Virus record (IMG/VR): IMGVR_UViG_641736216_000007
Direction: 5' to 3' (one strand)
Source of the DNA: a virus
Lineage: Duplodnaviria > Heunggongvirae > Uroviricota > Caudoviricetes
DNA length: 64,000 nt
Below, in pieces: positions 9,093 to 20,580 of the stretch; position 1 is the stretch's first letter; the number at the start of each line of letters is the position of its first letter. The notes under the pieces are model-generated. The model did not search any database and was not told where the DNA came from. It worked only from the letters and a program-made list of their open reading frames with translations. The translations under genes and the position numbers were made by a program.

Positions 9093-9132
9093 AAAAAAGT
9101 AATACCAAATAAATGTCTGGTATTACTTTTTT
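9093..9132. terminator. Bidirectional rho-independent terminator
   Basis: GTAATACCA, a loop, then TGGTATTAC, followed by a T run. Lies between convergent genes. Confidence 0.55.
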
Positions 9133-9137
9133 ATTTA

Positions 9138-12100
9138 CTATTTCTTCTTTCTATTAAAGAATAAACCTACTAAAGATACTATTATTAAACTTAAAAAGAT
9201 AAATATTCCTTTATCTCCAGTAGAAGGATTATTCTCATCATTACTTTCATTATTGTTATATCCCTCAGAGTTATTGTTAGTACCATTTCTTTCTTCATTA
9301 TCAGGATCGTCTCTATAAATATATTTATTGTTTTCATCATCATCTTGTTTATATTGTTGTTGGATTTCTATATTCCCATTAGGTCTTATTATCGCTCCAT
9401 TTTTAGGTATTTCAATACTTCCATCTGATTTTATTATAATACTATTAGGAGGAACTACAATATTCCCTTCACCATCTATAGATGGTACTTTTCCATCTTC
9501 ACTTGGTCTTACTATTATACCTCCTGGCGTTTCTATACTACCATCTGGTTTTACTACATTTCCATTTTTATCTATATAAATATCCTTTTGCCCATCTCCA
9601 TCTTGATCTTTATCTATATTAGGTAAATTACTTGGAGGTAAACCTTCTTCATCCTGATCTGGTTGATTTGGTTTAGGTGGTATATGGTCATTATCTTCAT
9701 CTTCATTATCATTTTCGCCCCAGTCTGGATCTGGATTAGGCTTTTCTCCATCTGGATTTCCCCAATTTCCTTCATATACATAAACTGCTCTTCCACAATA
9801 AGAGGTATTCCCATCACTGTCAGTTACTTTGTAAGTAAGATAATAAATTCCTGGTTTTAAAGTGTTTACATATCCACTAAATTTTAATTTATTAGTAATA
9901 TATCCATCTTCCTCGTCATATACAATTATGCTATCATATGGATTAAATTCGCTTCCTACGGCTATATATGTAGGATATGCATATATTTGAGGGAATGCAC
10001 CATTTCCTTCCCAGTCTGGGCTTGGTTCCCCTGTTTCAGGACAATCTATATTGTTTGGAATAACATGTACTACTCTATTCCATCTAACTCTGTTGTCTCC
10101 TGAATCTCTTATAGAATAATTTACTATATAATCCCCTACTTTATTTGTATCTAAATTAGTTGTATATGTTACTTTAGAAGTTAAGTCGCCATCTTCTTCA
10201 TCTGTTACTTTTATTCCACTCATGACATCGTATTTATTGCCTACTTTTATATAAACTTCATCTGCATAATTTACTACAATAGGAGAATTATCAATTTTAT
10301 TAGGTTTTTCATTAGGAATATTTTCATTGTAATCTGCAACAACTATATTGCATGTTTCTTCTGTTAATTGACCTTTAAAATCCATAACACTATAGTTAAG
10401 AGTATATTCTCCTGTTTTATTTGCATCAACAAATCCATTAATTTTAATGTATCCAGTTAAATCTTCTCCAGCATAATCATAGGCTTTTATTCCTTCTAAT
10501 ACATTAAATTTACTATCTATCATAATCACTCTATTTTTTACACCTTCTATTGTTGGAGGTATAAGTTCATTTTCTTCATTGTTAATTTCCCCCAATTCAT
10601 AATGGACAAGTTGACCAGCATTCCCATAAGTATCATATGGGATAAAATGAATGTATTTATAATCTTCAGTATTAAATTCTATTGTATCCTTAGAAACAGA
10701 AGTTTTTATCGTTCCTGTATCTAAATTGTCTTCTCTTTTATTACTAAGTTTCCATTTAAAGTATTCAACTTCTCCTCCAAAATCTGTTCCTACATCCCAA
10801 TCTCTTCCTTCCTCATCGGTCATATCTCTTATTACAGTGTTGTCTTCTTTTAATCTCGTTCTAACCTGGTATGTTTCAGATACTCCTCTATCAACAGCAT
10901 CTATATTTAATTTTAAATAAGTATTATCATTGATATCTTTTCTTAAAAATTTATTACTGTTTAAATTGTTACCTTCTAAAACATCCATATTTTTATCTAT
11001 ATTTTCATCCACATTATTTTTATTTTCTAAATCGTTATATTCTAAAAAATTTTCTTCATCTATATTTTCTTCTTCTTCGTAATTTTCTTCATCTATGTTA
11101 TTTTCCTCTTCCTTTATTTCTGTTATGCCATTTATTTTTGGTCCAAAAATGTCTTTTGTATCTGTATCTGTAAAGCTTAGATCCTCTGTATAACCTATGG
11201 TTGTATAATATCCTTCCATGCTATTCCATTTTCGAACTTCATAAAAAACATCATCTCCTAAAACATTTTTATCCCAAGATATATCTACATTATTGTCTTC
11301 TTTATTAGGAGTAACTTTTATCTCCATATCTCCATGCACAAGGATATTTCTTTTTACTTCTCTTATATTCCCTTGACTATCCTCCACTTTATAAATTAAC
11401 TGGTATTTGCCATTTTTATTTGTATCAACTGAACCTATTATTTGTATTTTATTTGTTATATCTCCATCTTCCACATCATAAGCAGTTACTCCAGCAAGAG
11501 GATTAAAAGATTCTCCCTCTTTCACTCTTTTTGATGTTAAACCTTTAATAACAGGGATATAATTAGTATCATATTTGCCTGTTATTAGATGATGTATTGT
11601 CTTACTTACATTTCCATTCTTGTCTATTGCTTTAATGTGCAAGAATTTAGATTTATTATTTTTTATATCTATATCTTCTGCATTCTTTATATTAACAAAA
11701 TTCTTAACTTCTGTATTTTCTTTTTCATCTATAGCATAACTAAACCCAGCTAACCCTGATGTAACTTTACCATTTCTAATCTCGCTTGAATTTACCACAT
11801 TATTATCCTTGTCTAAAGCTTCCACAAAGTATCTATATGTTGTTCCTAAGTCCTTAGATATAACTTTAAGCTTAATATTATCTGAGCTGTCTATATCCTT
11901 ATTCAATTTTCTTAATATTTCTTTACTTAAAGAAACAACTTTTCTCGTTTTAATAGAATCTTCATTTATTTCTCCTAAATATGTTATAGCAGGAGAACTT
12001 GTATCTGTAGCAGTATTATCTATAAACTGTGTATCATTAAATGTCCCTTTTTCTTCAAAAGAAAATCCATTTTCATTTGTTCTATAAAGAACATATTTAA

Positions 12101-15100
12101 CAGCATTTTTAACAGGAGTCCAATTAACTTCTAAATTGTTATTCAACTCTGTTATGTCAATTTTCATATCTCCAATTACATGGACTTTTACAGTTTCCTC
12201 AGATTCTAATCCTTTACTATCTACAACTGTATATTTTACTTCATATACTCCTTTTTTAGTATTGTCAATTTCGCCTTCAATATTTATTTTATCAGTTAAG
12301 TTTCCATCTTCAAAATCGTAGGCAGACACACCCTCTAATTTATCAAAATTTTCTCCTAAATTAATAACTCTATTCCTACCTGGGACAGTTATTATTGGTT
12401 TATTGTTATAAGTATCATCTGAGAGTTTTATGTGTTTAGTTTCAGATTTGTTCCCTTTATTATCAATAGCATAAATATGAAGATAAGTATTATCTGTTAC
12501 ATTTTTAAACTCGAATTTACCATCTGTATTATTAACTTCTCCATTAATTTCTGTATTTGGATTTTCATCAACCTCATAATAGTATCCTTTAAACCCAGAA
12601 ATTGCAGTTGTCTTAACTATATTAGAATATGCAGTTTGGTAATCATCTTCATCATAACTTTCAACCTTATACTCATAATCCGAACCAATATCTTCAGTGA
12701 AAAACTCCATTTTAGCAGTTCTTTCTTTATTTAATATTAGAGAATATTCCATTTTCGGTGGAACTTTATCTTCTGCTAAATAACCACTAAGTATATTTTC
12801 TCTTAGATTGTCTTTAACTATCTCAAAAGAATCTTTTTCTTTTCTTAAAACTTTATAGTAATCAGCATTTTTATAATCATTCCAATTTAAAGTTATATTA
12901 TCATCTTTATTTTCTAAATTTAAAACAATATCTTGCTTAGATACCATATTGTCTATCTTTACACTGTCTTCATATCTATATACTCCATCAGAAGAACCAT
13001 TATCCATGTTTTCAAATTCTACTACAAATCCCTCTATGTCAGTCCAGACTGGATCTGGACTATTAACAGTGTCATTCCAAAGTCCACCTGAATTTTTAAT
13101 TGAAGACATATAATCTTCAGTCCCTCCTAAATTATTTGGTTCCCCAACACACCAATTTGTAAATTTGACTGGTTCACCTGTAACCCATTTCCATTTACCT
13201 TCTTCTTCCTCATCTGTTGCTCCGAGCCAAACTGTTTTCGTAGTTAAACAGTTAAATAAATCTAATTCATATTTAGACTTGATGGTAGCTAAATGCCCTT
13301 TTAAACCTCTGTATTCCATTTTTTCGGCTCTCTCTTTTGCATTTTTCCAAGTTATCCTTTTATCTTCTATAAATTGGTAGTAGTTCCCATTTTGAGGATT
13401 ATATATTATATCATCAACACTATTATTTTGCAGTCTTACATTAAATATAAAGCTTGTGCTATTGTCATGTTCAATTTTAATGGATTTTATTAGTTCTTCA
13501 GCTTCTTCAGTTGTATAATTTTCATTTAATATTATCTGTCGTTCTTTAGAATGTTTTTCTATCCCCTTATCTAAATATTTAATAGTCATACTGCTATTAA
13601 ATCCTTCACTTATATATAGCTTCATTCCATTTATTAACTCATCACTATTATTTGTAATAGATGCATTAGGAAATGTAGCAATAAATCTTTTTTTATCAGG
13701 TTCGCCTAATTTAATGTTCAAATAATCCAAATTTTCTTTTACGATTATTTCTTTTATAATTTTACTTTCTTGATTTTTACTATCTTTAACACTATACTCT
13801 ATACTCCATTTACCAAGAATATTTGTATCAAATTCATCAACTATTTTATTATCAGGATTTTTTATTACTACATTAATATCTTTAGTTAAATCTCCATCAT
13901 AATCATCTATGGCATTAATACCTTTCATAATATCAAACACTTTACCTTGTTCTATAGAAGTATTTCCTCCAACATTTAAAACTGGAGGTAAATCTTCAAA
14001 TATTCCAGCAATTGGAAGTGTAACCACTTCACTTTTATTTCCTGCTTTATCTACTGATACTATATGCACATATAACTTACTTGCTAATTCTTTAGCAGAT
14101 ATAAAACCATCTGTACTATTTACAACATCACCTAAAGAGATTGATGGTACAGAGCTATTACTTACTTCATAGCTAAACCCTTTAAATCCAGATTTTATTT
14201 CCACCTTTTCTTTATTTGATATATGTGTTATATCTCCATATTCAGAAATTCCTTCAATATAGTATTCATAAACAGAAGAAATATCTTCTGAATTAAAATT
14301 AATCCCTTGCTTTATTCCAGAGTTAAATAATTCATATGTTGGTGCTGTAGGTTTATTTATGTCTTTTTTATCTTCTTCAAAGTAAGTATCTTTTTGTTCT
14401 TTAATTATTTTAAAATCTTCTTCTTTTTCTTTTAATAAAATCTTATAATGGTCTATATCTTTGATATTATTCCAATCAAGCATAACCTTATTTTTATTCT
14501 TTTCAAAGAATGCATTTAAAACAATATCTTGTTTACATTCAATTGGTTTAATAGTTGCAGTATCTTCATACTTAAATTTATCTAAAGTATTAGGATAAGG
14601 CAGTTTTTCATCTAAGCCAAATTCTACAATATATCCATCTATTTTTCCCCCACTTGCTATATTAAAATCATCATCCCATAATCTCTGACTATCATTATAA
14701 GAAATAATATAATGTTGTTGTCCTAAATAATTATCTGGTCTACCAGGATACCAATTTGTGTAAATAAATGGTTCTTTTGTAACCCATTCCCATTTACCTT
14801 CTTCTTTTTCATCTGTACCCCCAAGCCATATACAATTAGCAGTTAAATTGTGTATTACTTCTTGTTCATAGGCTGAAGTTATTGTTGCTAAATATCCTCG
14901 AACACCTAAAAGTTCTTGTTTTTCTGCATCTACTTTTGCATCTTTCCAAGTTATACCTGGAGCAGAAATGAATTTATAATAATGATTATTTTCATAATTA
15001 TAAACTATATCATCAACTTCGTTTTTTCCTAATTTTACTGTAAATTTAAATTCTGTATTATTTTTATGTTCAATTTTTATAGATTTTACTAACTCTTCTG

Positions 15101-17147
15101 CTTCATTGAGGCTAAATTCTTTATTTATTTCTATTCTTTGATCTGTAGATTCTTTCTCTACGCCATTTAAAGTATAATGTATTTTAAATGAGTCTTTATC
15201 AAAAAACTCAGGAAAATACATTTTTAAACCATCTATTTTTTGTTGATCATCAACAGAATTTATTTTCGCATCAGGAAATTTCACGTATTTACTTGTAACA
15301 AGTTCTTTTCCTAAATCTATACTAACATTGAAATCTTTAACGACTTTTAGTGTTCTTAAATAGACTGTAGTATTATCTCCACTGTCTTTTACAGTATATT
15401 TAATTGTCCATTTTCCAAGTATACTTGTATCTAATTCAGATACTTTCTCTCCATTTGGATTCGTTATTTCAACATTTATTTTATTCGTCAAATCTCCATC
15501 TATAAAATCAGATGCTGTTACTCCAGCCATAACATCAAATTTATTGTTTTGTAAAATATCTACATTTGCACCCACTTTTAATTCAGGTGATTCATCTTTA
15601 AATATTTCTAATTTAACATCTTCATTTATATTACTATATCGAAGATACAGATTTCTCATATCTAAAGTAGATGAGCTAACAAATTTAATCTCATCATAGT
15701 AACCAGGAGCTAAATTGACCATTTCAGCTTCGTTTGAAGAATGTTTTCCTATATCTGTCCAAGTTCCATTCTTTAATCCTTTTACTATGATAATACTATT
15801 TCCATTTAAAAAATAGGCTCCATTTATATAAAGTTCTTTTGTATTCTTTAAAACTAATTGATTATCTGATCCAGATATAAAATATCCGCTACTTCCACTA
15901 AATACATTTTCTGCTGTATACTTATCATCCAAGGAATTCCCTTGTACTAATACTCCTTTTGGAACATCTTCCATAAAAGAAAAATTATCTGGCAATAATG
16001 TTATTTTTACATTATTCTCGACCTTATTATCATGATAAATTTTTAAACTTCTAATTATTTCATTTAATTCAGATTCATTACTTACAGTAATTTCACTATC
16101 TCCTTCTTTTTCATTATATTTACCATTTTGCGTATAAGATATTTTATTTTTATTACTACTGTTTTTAAAATTAATTAAAAGTTTTGCATTATCTCCTTTA
16201 GCTGATGCTTCTGTAAAAGAAATACTACCATCATTATTAATGCTTTTTTCCCCTAAATTAAGACTATATTCTGAACGATTGTAATTTATTTTTTCTCTAT
16301 TACTTTCTTCATTAAATTCTAATTCAGATATAGTACAAGAATCTACCCCAGAATGAGCTTGTTCTATTCGAATACCTTCATACTCTCCAGCTGTGACGCT
16401 TACTGTCTTTTTACTTTCATTTTTTTCAACCTCTGGAGTACCCTCACCTATTTTTGTCCAGCTACCATTTTTTAGTCCTTTTATAATAAATTTTTTATTT
16501 GCTTTAATAAGCACATTTTCTATATAAGTTTTATCTTCAAATAAAATAGTAAAAGTGCTATTGTTTTTATTTATTGCTCCATAGAAACTATCATTATTTC
16601 CATCTACAGCTCTTTCAGCTTTATATAATCTTGAAGGTACTCCTTCTACACTTTTATAAATTGGTAATCCACCTAATATAATATCAAATCCTAATTTTTT
16701 ATTATTTTTTGTATCTATCCTTAAAGTTTTCAAAACCTCATTTAATTCATTTTGCGTTCTAATAGGTATCTTTATATTTTTACCAATTAAAGTATTTTCT
16801 ACTGAATTTAAACTATAAGTAATAGTTACATTTTCGTATACATTTCTATTAAAATCAAATCGTAAATAAGTTGGATTATCTACTATTCCTTTTGCTTCTG
16901 GAAAAGTTAAAATACCATTTGTATCTACATACTTTCCCATATCTAATGAAAAACTTTCACTACTTTTCTCTTTGCCTTCGTTTTGTGTTTCTTTATTTAT
17001 AGAGTTATTCTCATTGTAAATTATTTGATTGTTACTATTTTTCATGTCTGCAAGTACATTATATGGCAAATTGGAACTTAGAATTGATGCAGAAAGAAAA
17101 ATCGAAATTATTTTCTTATTATTCACAAAACACACTCCTTTTTTCAA
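9138..17147 (-). CDS. Giant cell-surface adhesin (2669 aa). Signal peptide, multiple DUF5011/Ig-like domains, two C-type lectin-like domains and a C-terminal NPSTG sorting signal.
   Basis: - N-terminal signal peptide.
- Repeated Ig-like modules (GDLTNKINVE...GKWTIKYTVKDS).
- Two CTLD signatures: WLGGTDEKEEGKWEWV...NWYPGRPDN and WLGATDEEEEGKWKWV...NWCVGEPNN.
- A ~700-aa internal duplication.
- Asp/Asn/Pro-rich stalk.
- C-terminus NPSTG, hydrophobic segment, then RKKK. Confidence 0.85.
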   Translation of the reverse strand: MKKGVCFVNNKKIISIFLSASILSSNLPYNVLADMKNSNNQIIYNENNSINKETQNEGKEKSSESFSLDMGKYVDTNGILTFPEAKGIVDNPTYLRFDFNRNVYENVTITYSLNSVENTLIGKNIKIPIRTQNELNEVLKTLRIDTKNNKKLGFDIILGGLPIYKSVEGVPSRLYKAERAVDGNNDSFYGAINKNNSTFTILFEDKTYIENVLIKANKKFIIKGLKNGSWTKIGEGTPEVEKNESKKTVSVTAGEYEGIRIEQAHSGVDSCTISELEFNEESNREKINYNRSEYSLNLGEKSINNDGSISFTEASAKGDNAKLLINFKNSSNKNKISYTQNGKYNEKEGDSEITVSNESELNEIIRSLKIYHDNKVENNVKITLLPDNFSFMEDVPKGVLVQGNSLDDKYTAENVFSGSSGYFISGSDNQLVLKNTKELYINGAYFLNGNSIIIVKGLKNGTWTDIGKHSSNEAEMVNLAPGYYDEIKFVSSSTLDMRNLYLRYSNINEDVKLEIFKDESPELKVGANVDILQNNKFDVMAGVTASDFIDGDLTNKINVEITNPNGEKVSELDTSILGKWTIKYTVKDSGDNTTVYLRTLKVVKDFNVSIDLGKELVTSKYVKFPDAKINSVDDQQKIDGLKMYFPEFFDKDSFKIHYTLNGVEKESTDQRIEINKEFSLNEAEELVKSIKIEHKNNTEFKFTVKLGKNEVDDIVYNYENNHYYKFISAPGITWKDAKVDAEKQELLGVRGYLATITSAYEQEVIHNLTANCIWLGGTDEKEEGKWEWVTKEPFIYTNWYPGRPDNYLGQQHYIISYNDSQRLWDDDFNIASGGKIDGYIVEFGLDEKLPYPNTLDKFKYEDTATIKPIECKQDIVLNAFFEKNKNKVMLDWNNIKDIDHYKILLKEKEEDFKIIKEQKDTYFEEDKKDINKPTAPTYELFNSGIKQGINFNSEDISSVYEYYIEGISEYGDITHISNKEKVEIKSGFKGFSYEVSNSSVPSISLGDVVNSTDGFISAKELASKLYVHIVSVDKAGNKSEVVTLPIAGIFEDLPPVLNVGGNTSIEQGKVFDIMKGINAIDDYDGDLTKDINVVIKNPDNKIVDEFDTNILGKWSIEYSVKDSKNQESKIIKEIIVKENLDYLNIKLGEPDKKRFIATFPNASITNNSDELINGMKLYISEGFNSSMTIKYLDKGIEKHSKERQIILNENYTTEEAEELIKSIKIEHDNSTSFIFNVRLQNNSVDDIIYNPQNGNYYQFIEDKRITWKNAKERAEKMEYRGLKGHLATIKSKYELDLFNCLTTKTVWLGATDEEEEGKWKWVTGEPVKFTNWCVGEPNNLGGTEDYMSSIKNSGGLWNDTVNSPDPVWTDIEGFVVEFENMDNGSSDGVYRYEDSVKIDNMVSKQDIVLNLENKDDNITLNWNDYKNADYYKVLRKEKDSFEIVKDNLRENILSGYLAEDKVPPKMEYSLILNKERTAKMEFFTEDIGSDYEYKVESYDEDDYQTAYSNIVKTTAISGFKGYYYEVDENPNTEINGEVNNTDGKFEFKNVTDNTYLHIYAIDNKGNKSETKHIKLSDDTYNNKPIITVPGRNRVINLGENFDKLEGVSAYDFEDGNLTDKINIEGEIDNTKKGVYEVKYTVVDSKGLESEETVKVHVIGDMKIDITELNNNLEVNWTPVKNAVKYVLYRTNENGFSFEEKGTFNDTQFIDNTATDTSSPAITYLGEINEDSIKTRKVVSLSKEILRKLNKDIDSSDNIKLKVISKDLGTTYRYFVEALDKDNNVVNSSEIRNGKVTSGLAGFSYAIDEKENTEVKNFVNIKNAEDIDIKNNKSKFLHIKAIDKNGNVSKTIHHLITGKYDTNYIPVIKGLTSKRVKEGESFNPLAGVTAYDVEDGDITNKIQIIGSVDTNKNGKYQLIYKVEDSQGNIREVKRNILVHGDMEIKVTPNKEDNNVDISWDKNVLGDDVFYEVRKWNSMEGYYTTIGYTEDLSFTDTDTKDIFGPKINGITEIKEEENNIDEENYEEEENIDEENFLEYNDLENKNNVDENIDKNMDVLEGNNLNSNKFLRKDINDNTYLKLNIDAVDRGVSETYQVRTRLKEDNTVIRDMTDEEGRDWDVGTDFGGEVEYFKWKLSNKREDNLDTGTIKTSVSKDTIEFNTEDYKYIHFIPYDTYGNAGQLVHYELGEINNEENELIPPTIEGVKNRVIMIDSKFNVLEGIKAYDYAGEDLTGYIKINGFVDANKTGEYTLNYSVMDFKGQLTEETCNIVVADYNENIPNEKPNKIDNSPIVVNYADEVYIKVGNKYDVMSGIKVTDEEDGDLTSKVTYTTNLDTNKVGDYIVNYSIRDSGDNRVRWNRVVHVIPNNIDCPETGEPSPDWEGNGAFPQIYAYPTYIAVGSEFNPYDSIIVYDEEDGYITNKLKFSGYVNTLKPGIYYLTYKVTDSDGNTSYCGRAVYVYEGNWGNPDGEKPNPDPDWGENDNEDEDNDHIPPKPNQPDQDEEGLPPSNLPNIDKDQDGDGQKDIYIDKNGNVVKPDGSIETPGGIIVRPSEDGKVPSIDGEGNIVVPPNSIIIKSDGSIEIPKNGAIIRPNGNIEIQQQYKQDDDENNKYIYRDDPDNEERNGTNNNSEGYNNNESNDENNPSTGDKGIFIFLSLIIVSLVGLFFNRKKK

Positions 17148-17256
17148 AAATATATACCATTATATGTGTATATAAATTTTTAATAACAATTTATATGTTT
17201 TATATAAAATTTTTTTAGTAGTTCAAAATTTAATTATATTTTTTTATTTTTTATAT

Positions 17257-17499
17257 ATGATAAAAAAAATAATAAAGGAGAAAAATATGAATCAACTTAA
17301 ATTATCTAAAAAAATAGTAAATCATCTAATAAAAGCTAATATAGACTCCATTGAAAGTTTAAAAACAATGACATCTAACGATCTTTTAAAAATAAATGGT
17401 ATTGGACCTAAAAGCTTAGAAGAAATAAAACAAGCCCTTAGTTTACTCACTAAACCAGATAATATTACAGAAGGGATATTTACAAAAAAAGATATTTAA
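17257..17499 (+). CDS. Small HhH protein resembling the RNA polymerase alpha-subunit C-terminal domain
   Basis: LKLSKKIVNHLIKANIDSIESL...DLLKINGIGPKSLEEIKQAL fits the alpha-CTD pattern LSxRxxNxLxxxxIxTxxDL...GxKSxxEI. Confidence 0.45.
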   Translation: MIKKIIKEKNMNQLKLSKKIVNHLIKANIDSIESLKTMTSNDLLKINGIGPKSLEEIKQALSLLTKPDNITEGIFTKKDI

Positions 17500-17638
17500 A
17501 ATATGAAGGAAGAAAAAATTACCAACAAAATAAATCTATTGTCAATAAATTAAATGGAAGAGTTGTTTCTTTAGGCACTTATGTAAATGGTATTAAAATA
17601 GATAAGAGATATTGCATAATTAAAAACAATTAAAATTT

Positions 17639-17668
17639 AAAAGCTCAGCATAATGCTGAGCTTTTAAA
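17639..17668. terminator. Bidirectional rho-independent terminator
   Basis: AAGCTCAGCA-TAA-TGCTGAGCTT followed by a T run. Confidence 0.55.
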
Positions 17669-17672
17669 TAGT

Positions 17673-18215
17673 TCATTGTTTTAATACATTCTTTAACTTA
17701 AAAAATGTATCTTTTCTAAGAGAACTCAATTTTATTTTAAGCCTCTCTATCTCATTATTTTTATTTTCTATTCTCTTATATAAACGTCTTAAGCCTTTGC
17801 CTTTTTCTCTAATAGATTTAGCTCTATTTGGTGTTAATCCCTTATTTTTAATATTATTCATTTCTATTTTGATTAAATCAATTTTGTTATTTGTTAATAA
17901 TACATCTTTTTCTAATTCCAATATTTTATTCTTATGTGTTTCTCCAATAATACTGATATCCTTATTACATTTTTCCATAATCATATTAAGGTCAATTTTT
18001 CTAAAACAAGTTTTATTATAAGTATCCTTTCTTAATTCTTTGTATCTATTTTGGAAAAAAGGAAAGCCAGCACAATCTTTCCTTTTTTTATAACTTATTA
18101 TATAACAATCTTCATCAGGTGGATCAAATATAAAATATGCTTTATTTATATAAACCTCATTCCCATTAGTTATTACAAAAATTAATTCTTCTTTATAATT
18201 TAACTTTTCACTCAT
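17673..18215 (-). CDS. Hypothetical coiled-coil protein (180 aa)
   Basis: Intact ORF. The C-terminal half is Lys/Glu-rich coiled coil. Confidence 0.45.
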   Translation of the reverse strand: MSEKLNYKEELIFVITNGNEVYINKAYFIFDPPDEDCYIISYKKRKDCAGFPFFQNRYKELRKDTYNKTCFRKIDLNMIMEKCNKDISIIGETHKNKILELEKDVLLTNNKIDLIKIEMNNIKNKGLTPNRAKSIREKGKGLRRLYKRIENKNNEIERLKIKLSSLRKDTFFKLKNVLKQ

Positions 18216-18234
18216 AATAATAATCCTCCTTCTA

Positions 18235-19242
18235 TTATAAAAATTGTTCTAAAAAATCAAGATATATTTTCCTATGGACATTAATACCTTTCTCTAAATC
18301 AAAACCTCCATTTTCATTGTATATTCTATAAAGGAATTCCTCCTTAGTAATATTGTTTTGGCATCCTATAGTAAACAACCATCTTCCATCTATAAAAATA
18401 GCTATTACCTTTCTATTCCTAAAAGCTTCTTTTAAAATATTGTATTTAAACATATCTCTGTTTTCTATTAATTCAATACAAAAACCATCCATTTTTATAG
18501 CTTCTAAACAAATCTCATAAGTTTGGTTTTTTATATAAATAATAAGACTTGGATCATTTTTAATAGCCTTTTTAGCTCTTTCCTCTATTGTTCTTCTTAA
18601 TATATCCTTATCCTTTATTGCATACATTTTAGATAATCCTAAAAGTATTTCCTCTGTATATTTATCAATAAAAATAATGACATCTAAATTTTGCTTTATA
18701 GCAATAAGATATAATTTATTTTTATTATGGGCAGATAAATTATCATCTATATAAGCTATATTCCATGATTCTTGTTCAACTGCCCCTAAACACAAATTAT
18801 AAATTTGTTTATCTGTAAGCTTTAATAAATCCCAGTTCATATATTTTAAAACTTCTCCAAAGCTTGTTATTGCTTCAAGACAAATAAGATAGATTTGTTC
18901 ATTTGAAAGATTATCTACTATTTGAACCCAGTGTATATTCTTAAATGCCCAACAGTTACTCCTTACTGCCTCTATACATATCTCTACTATATCTTCTGTT
19001 TTTAAATTAAGCTTATTCCAATTTATATACTCTATGCTATCTCCATTTCTCCTTACAGCAGTTAAACACATTTGTTTAATTTCTTCTTCTAATAGAGCCA
19101 CGCTATCCCATCTTACGTATTCTAAAGCTCTTCCATTTTCCTTTAAAGCTTCAATACATACCCTATAATCTTGGTCCCTTATACACCTCAAACATACTCC
19201 ATTTTTCATTGATGTTTTTAAATCTATTTGATACTGGCTCAT
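18235..19242 (-). CDS. DUF4116-type repeat protein (335 aa)
   Basis: Repeats such as ICLEAIKMDGFCIELI, CIEALKENGRALEYVRWD and CLTAVRRNGDSIEYINWNKLNL. Confidence 0.55.
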   Translation of the reverse strand: MSQYQIDLKTSMKNGVCLRCIRDQDYRVCIEALKENGRALEYVRWDSVALLEEEIKQMCLTAVRRNGDSIEYINWNKLNLKTEDIVEICIEAVRSNCWAFKNIHWVQIVDNLSNEQIYLICLEAITSFGEVLKYMNWDLLKLTDKQIYNLCLGAVEQESWNIAYIDDNLSAHNKNKLYLIAIKQNLDVIIFIDKYTEEILLGLSKMYAIKDKDILRRTIEERAKKAIKNDPSLIIYIKNQTYEICLEAIKMDGFCIELIENRDMFKYNILKEAFRNRKVIAIFIDGRWLFTIGCQNNITKEEFLYRIYNENGGFDLEKGINVHRKIYLDFLEQFL

Positions 19243-19684
19243 AAGACTCTCCCCTTTTAATAGATTATTTTTATATAAACTTTCTAACTGTTTAATATAG
19301 TTTTATGTTAATATTTTTATAATCTAAAAAGATTGTTTTTATTAGGTTGTTTTATTTTTCATTTATTTTCACATCTTTTAAATATTATAAATTATTATTT
19401 TATTTATAATATATTTTTCAATATATACAAAAAAAAAGATTATATAATATAATCTTTTTTTGTATATATATTAAAACATTATTAGATGGCTTAATATTTA
19501 TTAATTAGTCATCTAAGTTCAGTTATTCTTTTAGGTTTAGGGCCTAAAAAAACCTAAAAAATTTGCCCTCAAGGATTCCACAGTGATGATTCTATCATTC
19601 TTACCCTAACTTAGAACCTATTTTTATCTTTACTTTATTCTGTTTTTCTAAAAAAACAAAACAAGAAGGTTTATAATAATTATA

Positions 19685-20011
19685 TTAATTATCTGTTTCA
19701 CATAAAAAACAAATTTCTTGTGATATACATTCACTCATAAAGTATATCTTTAAAAAAATACTTTTATAAGATATTTCAATTTGTTCATCTTTTATAAAAG
19801 AGAATATTCTCTCTAATAATTTTTTATAATTATTACCACTTAAGTCTTTTAAACTCTCTTTTTCTAACTCTTTTTTTATATAGATTTTCAATTTATTAAA
19901 AGACTTATAAAATTCACCCATGTTAACATTAGACTCACAACTATTTTTATTTTTTAAAGTTGTTACCATATTGTAAAGCTTGTCTATCTTTTCTATGTTA
20001 TATGTATCCAT
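19685..20011 (-). CDS. Hypothetical protein (108 aa)
   Basis: Intact ORF. Upstream promoter TTGATTATAAACAACAAAAATGATAAAAT at 20118-20144. Terminator hairpin at 19430-19462. Confidence 0.4.
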   Translation of the reverse strand: MDTYNIEKIDKLYNMVTTLKNKNSCESNVNMGEFYKSFNKLKIYIKKELEKESLKDLSGNNYKKLLERIFSFIKDEQIEISYKSIFLKIYFMSECISQEICFLCETDN

Positions 20012-20358
20012 TTATCTTTCCTCCAGTTATGTGTTTAAAATAAGCTTATAATTACTTAACTGTTAGTTATAATAACATATAAATTATATCATAACATAAG
20101 CTTTTTTATTCATTATCTATATAAAATTTTATCATTTTTGTTGTTTATAATCAATAAAAAAACCAATTTTTTTAATTTAATTTAAGGATAATAGTATTTT
20201 AAGATAAGTTAGATAGTGCTTATAGAGAGTTTAGAATATTAATACTAATGTATAGAATTGACTTTGTTTTATCTGAGAGATACTTAATTTTAAAAAAATA
20301 AGGAGTTTTCTTAAATTTATTTTCTAATCAAACTCCTTTTATTTACAAATATAAAATT

Positions 20359-20580
20359 TTATTCACTCTTAGCTTTTTTTCTATTTTCAAAAAAGCTTAA
20401 TCCAAGTTGAAATATTATAAATCCAGTTGTTATACCTAATGCACTTGTTGGTATTGATTTTATATTATCGAAATTTCTTAGAGCAGAAAAACATAATAAT
20501 ACTATAGAGGCAGTAACCATAAAAATAGCAACTGGTTTTAAAGGTATTGAAATTTTTATTTCTAATTCAAAATCCTTCAT
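20359..20580 (-). CDS. Small membrane protein (73 aa)
   Basis: Two predicted TM helices. Confidence 0.3.
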   Translation of the reverse strand: MKDFELEIKISIPLKPVAIFMVTASIVLLCFSALRNFDNIKSIPTSALGITTGFIIFQLGLSFFENRKKAKSE

